64,000 nucleotides of DNA from a candidate division LCP-89 bacterium (GTDB lineage: Bacteria > Electryoneota > B3-LCP), in contig JALGVT010000004.1 in assembly GCA_025774555.1 (NCBI GenBank), forward strand, positions 12,013 through 76,012. Direction: 5' to 3'. Position 1 is the first letter of the stretch. Each line of letters begins with the position of its first letter. The notes under the pieces were generated by a model, which saw only the letters and a program-made list of their open reading frames with translations, had not been told where the DNA came from and searched no databases. Of this stretch, positions 28,961 through 39,588 are shown one piece after another. A program made the translations under genes and the position numbers.

Positions 28961-29575
28961 ATGGTGGATGAAGCCCCAGTTTTATTGGTTGCTGGTCTTG
29001 GAAATCCTGGCAGACGGTATCAAAGCACCTGGCACAACCTGGGGTATATGGCTTTGGATTTCTGGGCGAATCGCAAGGGTTTCACCTTCCAGTCCGGTCG
29101 TGGAGACTACACCTGCCTCGAGAGTCGGTCGCGTAACGGTGTCGTTACTTTTATAAAGCCAACCTCCTATATGAACCTTTCTGGTGTTCCCATCAGCAGG
29201 GTTTCAAGATACCGGAAGCTTATTCCTGAAAACATTCTCATAGTCTGTGATGATGCCGCCCTGCCATTGGGAACCATCCGTATTCGTAAGGCAGGTTCTT
29301 CGGGCGGTCATAACGGTATTGAATCCGTCATTGCAGAACATGGAAGTGAAACCATACCGCGCATGCGGCTAGGTATTTTTGTAGAAGGCTGGCAGGGTAC
29401 TTTGAGGAATTACGTTCTATCCAAGATCCCGACAGAATTATCCGATGATATAGAGAAGGTATTATCGGTTTGCTCAGATGCTTTCGACTGTATCTTAAAT
29501 GAGGGTGTCACCAGGGCAATGAACCGGTTCAATGGGCATCATCTGCCTGAAGAGCCTGAGGCAGAATCTTCTTAA
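28961..29575 (+). CDS. pth: peptidyl-tRNA hydrolase
   Basis: LLVAGLGNPG..Y..T.HN.G, followed by ...DD..LP.G..R.R..GS.GGHNG. Confidence 0.9.
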   Translation: MVDEAPVLLVAGLGNPGRRYQSTWHNLGYMALDFWANRKGFTFQSGRGDYTCLESRSRNGVVTFIKPTSYMNLSGVPISRVSRYRKLIPENILIVCDDAALPLGTIRIRKAGSSGGHNGIESVIAEHGSETIPRMRLGIFVEGWQGTLRNYVLSKIPTELSDDIEKVLSVCSDAFDCILNEGVTRAMNRFNGHHLPEEPEAESS

Positions 29576-29651
29576 AAATTGAAGCAGATAAACATATAAA
29601 TAAATCAACCCCCGAATCTGACTGAAACAACGGGTAGGAGGTTTTTAGCAG

Positions 29652-31820
29652 ATGAGTCAAATACTACTACTTACTATCGGTCTTGGAGTTCTTGCATTGA
29701 TTTTTGCATTTATAAAAGCAAAATGGGTGAAATCACAAGATGCAGGCACAGACTACATGCAGGAGATAGGGCAGTACATTCGCGACGGCGCGATGGCTTT
29801 CCTGGGAAGGGAATATAAGGTTCTCGCCATTTTCGTCGTTGTTGTCGCAGTTCTCCTGGGCGTTGCTAATATAAACAGCACGACGTCGTCCCCATGGATC
29901 GCATTCTCATTCATCATTGGAGCGCTTTGCAGTGGTCTTGCGGGGTATTTTGGTATGCGCGTCGCCACGAATGCGAACATAAGAACCGCCAATGCTGCGC
30001 GTGACGGCTTGAATAAAGCGCTTGGCGTCGCTTTTTCCGGTGGCACTGTGATGGGAATGAGCGTTGTCGGTCTGGGTGTTCTGGGAATCAGTCTGCTCCT
30101 ATATCTTTACTTCTCCAGTGGAATTGGCGGTCTGGAAGATGAGACTGTTCTGAAACGCACCCTTCAAGTACTCACCGGTTTCTCACTGGGCGCCTCTTCT
30201 ATCGCTCTGTTCGCTCGTGTTGGAGGCGGTATCTATACAAAAGCTGCCGACGTCGGCGCTGACCTCGTAGGAAAAGTCGAAGCCGGCATCCCTGAAGATG
30301 ATCCGCGCAACCCTGCTACCATCGCTGACAACGTCGGTGACAATGTGGGCGACGTTGCCGGTATGGGCGCTGACCTGTTTGAGAGTTTCGTCGGTTCGAT
30401 TATCGGCGCCATGGTTATCGGCGCATCTTGGTGGGGCTTCTTCGGAGGTAATGGTCAGGAAGGCGCTTTGAGCCTGGTTTTCCTCCCGCTAATCATCGCT
30501 GGTCTCGGTATCATCGTTTCAATCATCGGTACCTTCTTCGTTCGCACCAAAGAAGGCGGTAATCCGCAGGCGGCTTTAAATTTCGGAACGTTTGGCGCTG
30601 CTATTCTGATGGTCATCGTCAGTTATTTTGTGATCCACTACATGGTAAAGCAGGACGTTGTCCTTCCGCATATGACCGTTACTGCAAATGGGATTTTCTT
30701 CGCGACCATCATCGGTTTGATCGCCGGTACTCTAATCGGTATGATCACCGAATACTACACTGCTGAAAACAGAGGACCTGTCCACGGCATAGCAAATCAA
30801 TCGCTGACCGGTCCGGCGACAAACTTGATCGCTGGTCTGGCAACAGGCATGCGCTCAACAGCTTTTCCGTTGCTGGTGCTTGCCGCTGCAATTATATTAG
30901 CACACTGGCAGGCGAGCTTGTACGGTATCGCCATCGCAGCATTAGGTATGCTTTCAACCACCGGTATTCAGTTGGCTGTTGACGCTTACGGTCCTGTCGC
31001 TGACAATGCCGGCGGAATTGCTGAGATGAGCGAGCTTCCTTCCGAAGTTCGTGAGCGTACCGATAAACTGGATGCCGTCGGGAATACAACTGCGGCAATT
31101 GGTAAGGGTTTCGCTATTGGATCTGCTGCTTTAACTGCCCTGGCTCTATTTGCGGCATTCACAACTGTCATCCAGGCGAAGGCAGGAGGTCAGTCATTCT
31201 CACTTGACATTCTGAATCCTAAGGTTATGGCTTTCATGTTTGTCGGCGGAATGCTTCCCTTCCTGTTCAGCTCCTTTGCTATGCAGGCTGTCGGCAGCGC
31301 TGCTAAAGATATGATTATGGAAGTCCGCCGTCAGTTCCAGACCATCCCGGAACTTAAGGCGGCTCTCGAGGTTATGAAAGTCCGTGACAAAGACGAGTGG
31401 ACTGAAGAAGATAAAAAAATCATCGATGCTAGCCGCGGTAAAGCAGAATACGCTAAGTGCGTTGATATATCCACCGCCGCCGCTATTAAGCAGATGGTTG
31501 CACCCGGACTTCTCGCAGTCCTCGCTCCGCCGATTGTCGGCTTCATTTTTGGAGCGGTTGCGCTGGGTGGTCTGCTGGCTGGTGTTACTGTCTCGGGCGT
31601 ACTGATGGCGATCTTCATGTCGAATACGGGCGGCGCCTGGGACAACGCCAAGAAGCATATCGAAGCGGGCGCTCACGGCGGTAAAGGTTCTGAAGCACAC
31701 AAAGCTGCTGTTGTAGGCGATACCGTCGGCGATCCTTTCAAGGATACCGCTGGTCCCAGCTTGAACATCTTAATCAAGCTGATGTCGGTAGTTTCTCTGG
31801 TTATCGCACCCCTGCTGTAA
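29652..31820 (+). CDS. hppA: membrane-bound proton/sodium-translocating pyrophosphatase
   Basis: A 722-aa polytopic protein with [29 protein letters not shown] and [11 protein letters not shown]. Confidence 0.95.
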   Translation: MSQILLLTIGLGVLALIFAFIKAKWVKSQDAGTDYMQEIGQYIRDGAMAFLGREYKVLAIFVVVVAVLLGVANINSTTSSPWIAFSFIIGALCSGLAGYFGMRVATNANIRTANAARDGLNKALGVAFSGGTVMGMSVVGLGVLGISLLLYLYFSSGIGGLEDETVLKRTLQVLTGFSLGASSIALFARVGGGIYTKAADVGADLVGKVEAGIPEDDPRNPATIADNVGDNVGDVAGMGADLFESFVGSIIGAMVIGASWWGFFGGNGQEGALSLVFLPLIIAGLGIIVSIIGTFFVRTKEGGNPQAALNFGTFGAAILMVIVSYFVIHYMVKQDVVLPHMTVTANGIFFATIIGLIAGTLIGMITEYYTAENRGPVHGIANQSLTGPATNLIAGLATGMRSTAFPLLVLAAAIILAHWQASLYGIAIAALGMLSTTGIQLAVDAYGPVADNAGGIAEMSELPSEVRERTDKLDAVGNTTAAIGKGFAIGSAALTALALFAAFTTVIQAKAGGQSFSLDILNPKVMAFMFVGGMLPFLFSSFAMQAVGSAAKDMIMEVRRQFQTIPELKAALEVMKVRDKDEWTEEDKKIIDASRGKAEYAKCVDISTAAAIKQMVAPGLLAVLAPPIVGFIFGAVALGGLLAGVTVSGVLMAIFMSNTGGAWDNAKKHIEAGAHGGKGSEAHKAAVVGDTVGDPFKDTAGPSLNILIKLMSVVSLVIAPLL

Positions 31821-31919
31821 TCCGAGCAACGCAGAAAAGATAAATATACTACAAATAGAAGTCTAACCCTCCTCGTTCCCCGGTATACGGGGAACGGGGC
31901 TTAAGACCAAAGGGAAAAC

Positions 31920-32456
31920 ATGAGAACATACGAACTCACCTTCATTGTCGATGCGCAACTCGCCCAGGAAGCTCAGGAAGAGGTTTTAACCAAACTTCTG
32001 GATCTCCTTAAAGCTGAGAGCGTTGAACTGGTCAATATGGAGAAATGGGGCAAGAAAAAGTTGGCTTACCCCATTAAAGACAGCCTGTACGGGCATTATG
32101 TCATGATCCAGTTCAATACGACTCCTGATGTACTGCCCAAAATAGAGCATTTTCTGAAACTCTCCTCTAACATTCTCCGCTATCTTATCCTGCTGCGTGA
32201 TCAGCGAACCCTGAAGTTAATGAAACTTGAAGCAGAACGCCTCGCTCATGAAGCGATGGTAAGCGCTGAAAAGGTGCATGATACTGCTGAGGCTCCTGTA
32301 TCCGAAGAACCAGGTATAGAGAATGGAGCGGAAGATTTACTGGATGGTGAGGGTAAAGCAGATGATCCTCTGGCATCCGAGATACCCATCCAGGAGAACG
32401 ATGAGAAAATGCTGTCAGATAGTGACAGTACTCCGGACAAAGACGAGCAGAGTTAA
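31920..32456 (+). CDS. rpsF: 30S ribosomal protein S6 (with long acidic C-terminal extension)
   Basis: MRTYELTFIVD... and W.GKKKLAYPI match S6. It is followed by ssb-rpsR-rplI. Confidence 0.9.
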   Translation: MRTYELTFIVDAQLAQEAQEEVLTKLLDLLKAESVELVNMEKWGKKKLAYPIKDSLYGHYVMIQFNTTPDVLPKIEHFLKLSSNILRYLILLRDQRTLKLMKLEAERLAHEAMVSAEKVHDTAEAPVSEEPGIENGAEDLLDGEGKADDPLASEIPIQENDEKMLSDSDSTPDKDEQS

Positions 32457-32506
32457 TAGACACTCGTAAAGAAAGTTGAAAGCCAGTCGAAAAGGAGTGA
32501 TGTGTC

Positions 32507-32986
32507 ATGGCGGATTTGCGAATGCCGGATATCAATCATGTGACCATCGCTGGCAATCTGATAAGAGACCCCACCTTCCGGAAGACTACAACCGGAGGAG
32601 TGCCAGTAGCCAATTTCTCAATAGCGAGTAACAGAAAATTCCGGGATAATAACGGACTGTGGAAAGAAGACGTCTGCATCATCGGGATTGTCGCCTGGTA
32701 TAAGTTAGCCGAAAGCTGTTACCAGAATTTGAAAAAAGGTTCAGCAGTCCTGGTTGAGGGCGAGCTTCAAAGCCGCATCTTTAAAACGGAAGACGGACAA
32801 ACCCGTAATATTACTGAAATAAAATCCCGCAGGATTCAGTTCCTGAATAAAAAGCAGGACTTTGCTTCAAGAAGTTATAACAATGATTATGGTGAGGCTA
32901 TACCGTTCGCTGTAGAAAAGCAGAAAGAACGAACCACATCCGATGAAGAACCGTACCAACAAGAAGAAACTGAAACGAATAACTAA
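32507..32986 (+). CDS. ssb: single-stranded DNA-binding protein
   Basis: It has an OB fold (INHVTIAGNL.RDP..R.T..G..VANFS.A.N). The position in the S6 operon fits. Confidence 0.85.
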   Translation: MADLRMPDINHVTIAGNLIRDPTFRKTTTGGVPVANFSIASNRKFRDNNGLWKEDVCIIGIVAWYKLAESCYQNLKKGSAVLVEGELQSRIFKTEDGQTRNITEIKSRRIQFLNKKQDFASRSYNNDYGEAIPFAVEKQKERTTSDEEPYQQEETETNN

Positions 32987-33000
32987 AGCGAAATTGAAAA

Positions 33001-33273
33001 ATGCCAAGATTTACTGGAAATAGAGGCAGAAGACAGAACCGAACCGGTATGCAGGGTTTGAGGAAACGTATCTGTCGTTTCTGCGAAAGTGGAACCATTT
33101 ATATCGATTACAGAGACGAAAAGCGTCTTTCACGATTCACCACTGAGCGCGGCAAGATAATCCCGAGGCGGATTTCCGGCACCTGCTCGAAACACCAGAA
33201 ACAGCTTGTGCAGGCTATCAAGCGGGCGCGCCACCTGGCGTTGATTCCCTACATCCAGCAGGTCCCGCAATAG
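33001..33273 (+). CDS. rpsR: 30S ribosomal protein S18
   Basis: ...C.FC........IDYRD...L.RF....GKI.PRR..G.C.KHQ..L..AIKRAR.LAL.PY. Confidence 0.9.
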   Translation: MPRFTGNRGRRQNRTGMQGLRKRICRFCESGTIYIDYRDEKRLSRFTTERGKIIPRRISGTCSKHQKQLVQAIKRARHLALIPYIQQVPQ

Positions 33274-33354
33274 CGCGCTGTTAAATCGATACAATGCAAT
33301 CATGGCGGTTGTTATGACCGCCGGTCAATGAAACATAGACTGTGTGAAATTGAG

Positions 33355-33813
33355 ATGAAAGTAATCCTAAGGCAAGACTACGAGCCGCTGGGGAAGAGCG
33401 GCGCTGAGATCGAAGTGAAAGATGGGTACGCTCGCAATTATCTGCTTCCCAAAGGAATCGTATTCCCTGCCACTGCTAAGAACCTGAAGATCATTCAGGA
33501 AGACGAACGCATCCGCTCCAAGAAGGAAACGTTTAAGTTCAAGAGTGCGGAGGAGCATGCAGAGCTTCTTTCCAATGCGTCGGTTATTGTTAAGCAGAAG
33601 GCAGGCGAAGAGGGCAGGTTGTTCGGTTCGGTTACCTCCCAGGACATTGCCTCGCGTTTAGCTGAGCAGGGTATCGAGCTTGATAAGCGGAAGATTGTCA
33701 TGGACGAGCCGATTAAACTCCTCGGCACCTACCAGGTGCGCGTGAAACTGCACGCCGACGTCGAAGCCAACATTCAGGTCTCGGTATTGAAAGAGGAAGA
33801 GGAGAATAAGTAG
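33355..33813 (+). CDS. rplI: 50S ribosomal protein L9
   Basis: MKVILRQDYEPLGKSGAEIEVKDGYARNYLLPKG... The ATG at 33355 is preferred over the upstream in-frame ATG at 33328. Confidence 0.9.
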   Translation: MKVILRQDYEPLGKSGAEIEVKDGYARNYLLPKGIVFPATAKNLKIIQEDERIRSKKETFKFKSAEEHAELLSNASVIVKQKAGEEGRLFGSVTSQDIASRLAEQGIELDKRKIVMDEPIKLLGTYQVRVKLHADVEANIQVSVLKEEEENK

Positions 33814-33830
33814 AATATAGAGGTTTTTCA

Positions 33831-34005
33831 GGGGAGGTTAGATATTCTTATCTGACAAAAGTCGTGTCGGACAGGATTGTCCAACCTCCCCTTAATTACT
33901 ATAGGGCAGGGGTGTTTACCACAGATGTAAGAGTTTCCGTAGGGCAGGGGTGCTTCCCCTGCCATTTTAATAGTCTCCATAATCGGGGTCGCCCCCGACC
34001 CCGAT
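33831..34005. repeat. cluster of three long hairpins, including a REP-like GTAGGGCAGGGG unit
   Basis: GGGGAGGTT...AACCTCCCC (33831-33891), GGCAGGGGTGCTTCCCCTGCC (33943-33963) and ATCGGGGTCG-CCCC-CGACCCCGAT (33982-34005). Confidence 0.6.
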
Positions 34006-34014
34006 ATGCATCCC

Positions 34015-34039
34015 AAAGCCGCCGCAGTGCGGCTTTTTT
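34015..34039 (+). terminator. intrinsic terminator of the rpsF-rplI operon
   Basis: The AGCCGC/GCGGCT stem is followed by TTTTTT. Confidence 0.6.
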
Positions 34040-34095
34040 ATATTCTGTACGTCGGTTGCCGGAACCATATAAAATCCCTCAAAAAAAATCAAAAC

Positions 34096-34124
34096 TTGAC
34101 TTTTGATGAAAAATTGAGTATATT
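34096..34124 (+). promoter_or_regulatory. sigma70-type promoter (TTGACT-17-TATATT)
   Basis: Exact hexamers with a 17-nt spacer, 56 nt upstream of the 34180 ATG. Confidence 0.5.
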
Positions 34125-34179
34125 ATGAAGGTAAGCCCAAACGCTATGATAATTTCATATTAAATTGGAGGCTTCAGCC

Positions 34180-35739
34180 ATGTTATCCCGAATAATACTG
34201 CTGCTTGTTTTAATAACTATGATAGTAAGCATAGCTCAAGCAGAATACTATGCCGTGCTCATCAACGGTTTTCAACCGGATACGACAGAATGGTATTCAC
34301 AAACTTATAATTGGTTAGATGATGCGCAATGGAATGATACGTTTCTATTTTGGGAAATGCTATGGAACTTCGGATGGAAGGATGATAATATATATGTGTT
34401 GTTCGGTGAAGGCAGCGATTTTGATCTTGAGAATGATAGATATGATGCTTACGCAAGATACCACGAGTTTGGAATAGACTCAATAGTGGACTATTCAGGC
34501 GGATATGAAGATGTTGAAAATATATTCGATTGGTTATCGGATGGCAATCCTTCACAAGGAATACCTCAAATGACAGAAGATGACAATCTATTTGTGTGGA
34601 CTTTTGGGCATGGATCGCTTTACTCAGGTCCGGATGGTTCTGGTTTGCAGTTAGATTTGGGTGATTCTATTATGGTTGATACAGTATTTGCTCCACTGGT
34701 AGACCAATGTTCATACGATAAAAGGATATTCTTCATGCAACAATGCCATAGCGGAGGGTTCATCGATGATCTGGAGAATGATGATACGTTCATTATGACC
34801 GCAACGGATTGGTGGTGGGCAGGAGCAGCCGATGATAGCTGCGCGGATGGGGATGATCCTTATGAAAACGAATATTATCAAACTTATCCTGATGATACAA
34901 TACGGTTCAATCATGGGGAGTTTGATTACCATGTGATCAATGCGGCAAGATTGGAAACGATCAGAGGGAATTCGCTTGCCTCATTTGATTCTGTCGATGT
35001 AGATTCAAATGGTCTTGCTTCTCTTTCAGAGATTTGGGACTGGGAAGAAAGCAAGGATACTGTGGCTGATCCACATTATCCACAGGTTTCAGATTCTGGT
35101 AGTATAGGAGATGATTATTATCTCAATATCCCACCCTACAAACCCTCTGGATTGGAAGGAGATAGAGTCAACTATGTAGTACAGTTATCTTGGAATCGAA
35201 ATATAGAGTATGATCTGGATTATTATGAAATATTCAAGCGCACTTACGATGACTCCCTGCAAAGCTATAGCGAATGGTACAGTCTTTATAGAACAACAGA
35301 CACTACCTACACTGATAACGGATTTTTCCCCAGCGCCCAGGCTTCCGATACCGTTTTCTATAAGATAACAGCAGTGGATGAAGCGGGGCAGCAATCCGAA
35401 TATTCTGATATCTTCTCAGCGCCGGGTGATATAAGACCCTTGGGGGACGATGACGGAGAACGCCTGTTGATAAGCAGAGAAATGATTTCCCATTCCTGCT
35501 ACCCCAATCCCTTCAATCCTGCGACCACAATCACATTCTCAGTACCGGATGAGACTTATGTAACCCTCGAAATCTTCAACATCACAGGTCGCCTTGTTTC
35601 GACGCTGGTCAATAAGTGGTGTCATGAAGGTACCTATAAAGCTGTTTTCAAGGCTGAGAATCTACCGTCCGGTATGTACTTGTATCGCTTGAAATTGGCG
35701 GAGTATACTATAACAGAAAAAATAGTTCTAACGAAATGA
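34180..35739 (+). CDS. secreted clan-CD cysteine-peptidase-like protein (caspase/legumain-type His-Cys dyad) with T9SS C-terminal domain
   Basis: The ATG at 34180 follows GGAGG, and a signal peptide is present. The candidate His is in FVWTFGHGS and the candidate Cys is in FFMQQCHSGGF. The C-terminus is YPNPFNPATTITFSVP...SGMYLYRL...KIVLTK. Confidence 0.6.
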   Translation: MLSRIILLLVLITMIVSIAQAEYYAVLINGFQPDTTEWYSQTYNWLDDAQWNDTFLFWEMLWNFGWKDDNIYVLFGEGSDFDLENDRYDAYARYHEFGIDSIVDYSGGYEDVENIFDWLSDGNPSQGIPQMTEDDNLFVWTFGHGSLYSGPDGSGLQLDLGDSIMVDTVFAPLVDQCSYDKRIFFMQQCHSGGFIDDLENDDTFIMTATDWWWAGAADDSCADGDDPYENEYYQTYPDDTIRFNHGEFDYHVINAARLETIRGNSLASFDSVDVDSNGLASLSEIWDWEESKDTVADPHYPQVSDSGSIGDDYYLNIPPYKPSGLEGDRVNYVVQLSWNRNIEYDLDYYEIFKRTYDDSLQSYSEWYSLYRTTDTTYTDNGFFPSAQASDTVFYKITAVDEAGQQSEYSDIFSAPGDIRPLGDDDGERLLISREMISHSCYPNPFNPATTITFSVPDETYVTLEIFNITGRLVSTLVNKWCHEGTYKAVFKAENLPSGMYLYRLKLAEYTITEKIVLTK

Positions 35740-35821
35740 GATATGAGTGGCGTGGGACACAGTAACCGCGCCACTTATTCTGCTAATTAATTTAAATCAC
35801 TATAATCTTTGAGGTGCGAAA

Positions 35822-37660
35822 ATGAATAGACTTATTTTTACATTTGGGCTTTCCTTGCTTTTATTCAGTAACCTAATTGCACAGCCCGGACTATGGTATC
35901 CATATACGAACCTTTCGAACAATAATTACGGATCAGGAAGACAATCCATAGCTATTGGTAGTGACAATGTGATCCATGTGGCATGGAGCGATAAATCGAG
36001 GCTTGGTGGTGGAGTAGATGAGGACGATATATTGTACAGTCAATATGATGGTAACGAATGGTCACAACCCGTTCAACTGTCTGCCTATGAGGTTACGGCT
36101 TCGCTCTATCCAAGAATTGCAGTTGATTCACAAAACATTCCCCATGTGGTATGGACTCACAATGGTTTTTCATCACCAGAGATATACTACGCTGTGCGAA
36201 CGACAACCGGCTGGAGTGCGCCATTAAATCTTTCCCAGAATCCTCTGCCGTCGAAGGATGCAGACATCGGAATAGATTCGCAAGATCACATTCATGTCGT
36301 CTGGAGCGATGGTTATTACGGTACGATGGATATCTTCCACCGGGAATTTGACGGTTTTGCCTGGCTCCCAATCGACACCGTATTTCAGGGATATTACTCT
36401 TATTCTGAAATTCGTATGGTTATTGATTCACAAGACCGGATTCATATCACCTGGCAGGATTACGGTAACTTCGGTGCTATGCACGAGATCGGATATTCAG
36501 TTTTCGACGGTTTTTCATGGTCAGAACCGGAAAATATATCCAACTATCCTGAAGAGTCGTCAACTAATCCTGACATAGCCCTGGATGGTAACGACCATCC
36601 GCATATTGTCTGGGGTCAGGTTGTCGATCCAGGCAATATTAAAGAGATATACTATTCATTTTTCAATGGTCTCGACTGGTCGCTACCTCAGAATGTTACT
36701 AATTTAAGCATGGGTTGTGCATACCCATCATTCGAGATTACAGAATTTGGAATAAGGCATCTACTATTTATGTATGAGGATCAATTCGGCGATACTTACA
36801 CTTATTATATGTACTGCCAGGATGATGTCTGGAGCGAACCATATAATGTAATCTATAATGGTACTTCAGACTTAGCCATTGGCGAAGGAAATGTAGTGCA
36901 CGTAGCACTAAGCTCCATGATCTGGGTAGGCAATTCAGATGTGTTCTACACCTACACCACCGCCGGGACCGTATCTCTGGTGGCTGGTCTAATTCCTGAA
37001 AGCCCCTCTATCACCATTCCCTCTGCGGGCGGCAGTTTCGCTTTCGACGTGGAGATTTCCAACGTCCAGGTGGTTCCCATCACCTTCGATGTCTGGATAG
37101 ACGTGGTGCTGCCGAACGGAAGTGTCTATGGTCCCATTATTCTGCGTGAGGATATCGAGATGCCCGCAGGTGGCAGCATCCAGCGTACAGATCTGCAGCA
37201 AACCATCCCCGCGGGCGCGCCGCCGGGCGAATATTCCTACCGCCTGCAGTTGGGTAGCTATGCGGACAATGTCATCGTCTCAGCAGACAGCTTTGCATTT
37301 TACAAGGAAGGAGTAAGCTCTTCTGCCGGTGGAGATTGGTCTCTCAGTGGATGGGATGAACATCCGGATGGAAATGCGGAAATCCAGAATTCACCTCAAG
37401 AGTGTATCACTATAGAGAATTACCCCAATCCTTTCAATGCAGTTGCTACCATCAGCTATTCTTTACCAGAATATTCCTTTGTGGAATTGAAGGTGTACGA
37501 TATCACCGGTAAAATGATATCTATGTTAGTCTCAGAGCATCAATCTGAGGGCTGTCATGAAGCTGAATTCGATGCTCAGAGATTGGCTTCTGGTGTGTAT
37601 ATTTACCGCCTGAAGACCGGACATAACCTGATTAGCAGAAAAATGGTTCTGGTAAAGTAA
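35822..37660 (+). CDS. secreted beta-propeller repeat protein with T9SS C-terminal domain (paralog A)
   Basis: It has a signal peptide and about 6 repeats of (I/L)A(V/I)DSQ..(I/P)H(V/I)VW. A pre-CTD Ig-like module is followed by YPNPFNAVATISYSLP...SGVYIYRL...KMVLVK. Confidence 0.75.
   Translation: MNRLIFTFGLSLLLFSNLIAQPGLWYPYTNLSNNNYGSGRQSIAIGSDNVIHVAWSDKSRLGGGVDEDDILYSQYDGNEWSQPVQLSAYEVTASLYPRIAVDSQNIPHVVWTHNGFSSPEIYYAVRTTTGWSAPLNLSQNPLPSKDADIGIDSQDHIHVVWSDGYYGTMDIFHREFDGFAWLPIDTVFQGYYSYSEIRMVIDSQDRIHITWQDYGNFGAMHEIGYSVFDGFSWSEPENISNYPEESSTNPDIALDGNDHPHIVWGQVVDPGNIKEIYYSFFNGLDWSLPQNVTNLSMGCAYPSFEITEFGIRHLLFMYEDQFGDTYTYYMYCQDDVWSEPYNVIYNGTSDLAIGEGNVVHVALSSMIWVGNSDVFYTYTTAGTVSLVAGLIPESPSITIPSAGGSFAFDVEISNVQVVPITFDVWIDVVLPNGSVYGPIILREDIEMPAGGSIQRTDLQQTIPAGAPPGEYSYRLQLGSYADNVIVSADSFAFYKEGVSSSAGGDWSLSGWDEHPDGNAEIQNSPQECITIENYPNPFNAVATISYSLPEYSFVELKVYDITGKMISMLVSEHQSEGCHEAEFDAQRLASGVYIYRLKTGHNLISRKMVLVK
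36944..37358 (+). repeat. about 415-nt near-identical block shared with 38872-39287
   Basis: Direct alignment shows about 94% nucleotide identity here. The rest of the two paralogs is much more diverged. Confidence 0.85.
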
Positions 37661-37740
37661 CAATCTTACAGCGGCGTCAGGATTATACTTCTTACGCCGC
37701 CTGATAATAATTTTTCATCATTGAATGAAGGGAGCGATAA

Positions 37741-39588
37741 ATGTCAAAAATAATGACTACTTACCTCTTAATTGCGGTATTATTTACTTCTGCTTCATCT
37801 CAGCCTGGAATCTGGAGTCCTTGTGTTAATTTATCTAATAACAACAACGGCTCAAACGCAGGTGCCATTGCTATCAGTGATGATAATTTTATTCACGTGG
37901 CATGGAGCGATAATTCGAGACTCGGAGGGGGAGTAGACGAGCATGACATTTTATATTGTAAGTTTAATGAAGAAACATGGTCCCAACCCGTTCAACTTTC
38001 TGCCTATGGAGTGACATCATCCCGAAATCCTCGCATCGCAGCTGATTCCCAATACACACCTCATGTAGTATGGATTCATAACGCCTATACAATTCCAGAG
38101 ATATATTATACCTTCATTACTGATTCCGGCTGGTGTGAGCCCGTAAATATTTCCCAGAATCCCCTTCCTTCTCAGGACGCGGACATTGGAATTGATTCGC
38201 AGGATCACGTTCATATAATCTGGAGTGATGGGTATTACGGCTCCATGGATATATTCCACCGGGAATTCAACGGTTTTAATTGGCTCTCTATCGACACCGT
38301 ATATCAGGGGGTGTATTCCTGCACAGATATTCGCTTCGCAATCGATTCACAGGACCGGATTCATCTCACCTGGCAGGATTTTGGCAACCTGGGCGCTTTT
38401 CAGGAAATCGGATATATGATATTCGATGGTATCTCCTGGTCGGAGCCGGAGAATATTTCCAACTGGCCCGAAGAGTGGTCCACAAAACCTGACATAGACC
38501 TCGATAGTAACGATTTACCTCATATCGTCTGGAGCCAGCTCATGCCCGTTTGGCCTGAAGAGGAGATATTTTATTCATACTTTGACGGGCTTAATTGGTC
38601 CTTTCCAGAGAATGTAACCAATACTGGCTTGGAGTGTGGGCATCCATCTTTTACAGTTACAGACCAGGGAGTGAAGCATCTGCTGTTTTATGCGTCCGAT
38701 CAATTCGGTAATGAATATGTGAATTATACTTATAATCAAAATGGAGTCTGGAGCGAACCGGATACCATTATTGTTGCTACAACATCCATTAGTTCAGACC
38801 AGGTAATTGGTACGGGAAATATTGTACATGCAATTCTGAATCCTATGGTTTGGTTTGGTAACTCCGAAACTTTCTACACCTACACCACCGCCGGGACCGT
38901 ATCTCTGGTGGCTGGTCTAATTCCTGAAAGCCCCTCTATCACCATTCCCTCTGCGGGCGGCAGTTTCACTTTCGACGTGGAGATTTCCAACGTCCAGGTG
39001 GTTCCCATCACCTTCGACGTCTGGATAGATGTGGTTTTACCGAACGGGAGTGTCTATGGTCCTGTTATTCTGCGTGAGGATATAGAGATGCCTGCCGGCG
39101 GCAGCATCCAGCGCCCGGATATGCAGCAATCCATCCCCGCGGGCGCGCCGCCGGGCGAGTATTCCTACCGCCTGCAGTTGGGTAGCTATGCGGACAATGT
39201 CATCGTCTCAGCAGACAGCTTTGCATTTTACAAGGAAGGAGTAAGCTCTTCTGCTGGTGGAGATTGGTCTCTTCGCGGATGGGATGGAGAATGCCAGTCA
39301 AATTATGATATTGTAAAGCACGCATCATCAGATATCACCCATTCCTGCAATCCCAATCCCTTCAACCCAACTACGACGATTCGTTTTGGACTGCCTGTCG
39401 CTTCAATAACTCACTTGCGAATCTTCGATATCCAGGGTAGATTGGTGGTAGAACTGGTGGACGGCTGGCGTGATGCTGGTTACCATGAGGTTACCTTTGA
39501 GGCGGCAGGATTAGCATCGGGTGTGTATCTGTATCGCATGCAGGCTGAGAACTTCACTTCAACCGGCAAGATGCTGCTGATAAAGTAA
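37741..39588 (+). CDS. secreted beta-propeller repeat protein with T9SS C-terminal domain (paralog B)
   Basis: It is collinear with 35822-37660 (same blades and the same pre-CTD module). The CTD is NPNPFNPTTTIRFGLP...SGVYLYRM...KMLLIK. Confidence 0.75.
   Translation: MSKIMTTYLLIAVLFTSASSQPGIWSPCVNLSNNNNGSNAGAIAISDDNFIHVAWSDNSRLGGGVDEHDILYCKFNEETWSQPVQLSAYGVTSSRNPRIAADSQYTPHVVWIHNAYTIPEIYYTFITDSGWCEPVNISQNPLPSQDADIGIDSQDHVHIIWSDGYYGSMDIFHREFNGFNWLSIDTVYQGVYSCTDIRFAIDSQDRIHLTWQDFGNLGAFQEIGYMIFDGISWSEPENISNWPEEWSTKPDIDLDSNDLPHIVWSQLMPVWPEEEIFYSYFDGLNWSFPENVTNTGLECGHPSFTVTDQGVKHLLFYASDQFGNEYVNYTYNQNGVWSEPDTIIVATTSISSDQVIGTGNIVHAILNPMVWFGNSETFYTYTTAGTVSLVAGLIPESPSITIPSAGGSFTFDVEISNVQVVPITFDVWIDVVLPNGSVYGPVILREDIEMPAGGSIQRPDMQQSIPAGAPPGEYSYRLQLGSYADNVIVSADSFAFYKEGVSSSAGGDWSLRGWDGECQSNYDIVKHASSDITHSCNPNPFNPTTTIRFGLPVASITHLRIFDIQGRLVVELVDGWRDAGYHEVTFEAAGLASGVYLYRMQAENFTSTGKMLLIK
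38872..39287 (+). repeat. partner of the 36944-37358 near-identical block
   Basis: See 36944-37358. Confidence 0.85.

Noticed and set aside
36944-39287. A diversity-generating retroelement (TR/VR pair) as the explanation for the near-identical block.
   Set aside because: The differences between the copies are not adenine-specific (there are transitions and transversions at all bases). No reverse transcriptase is nearby, and both copies are in-frame parts of full genes.
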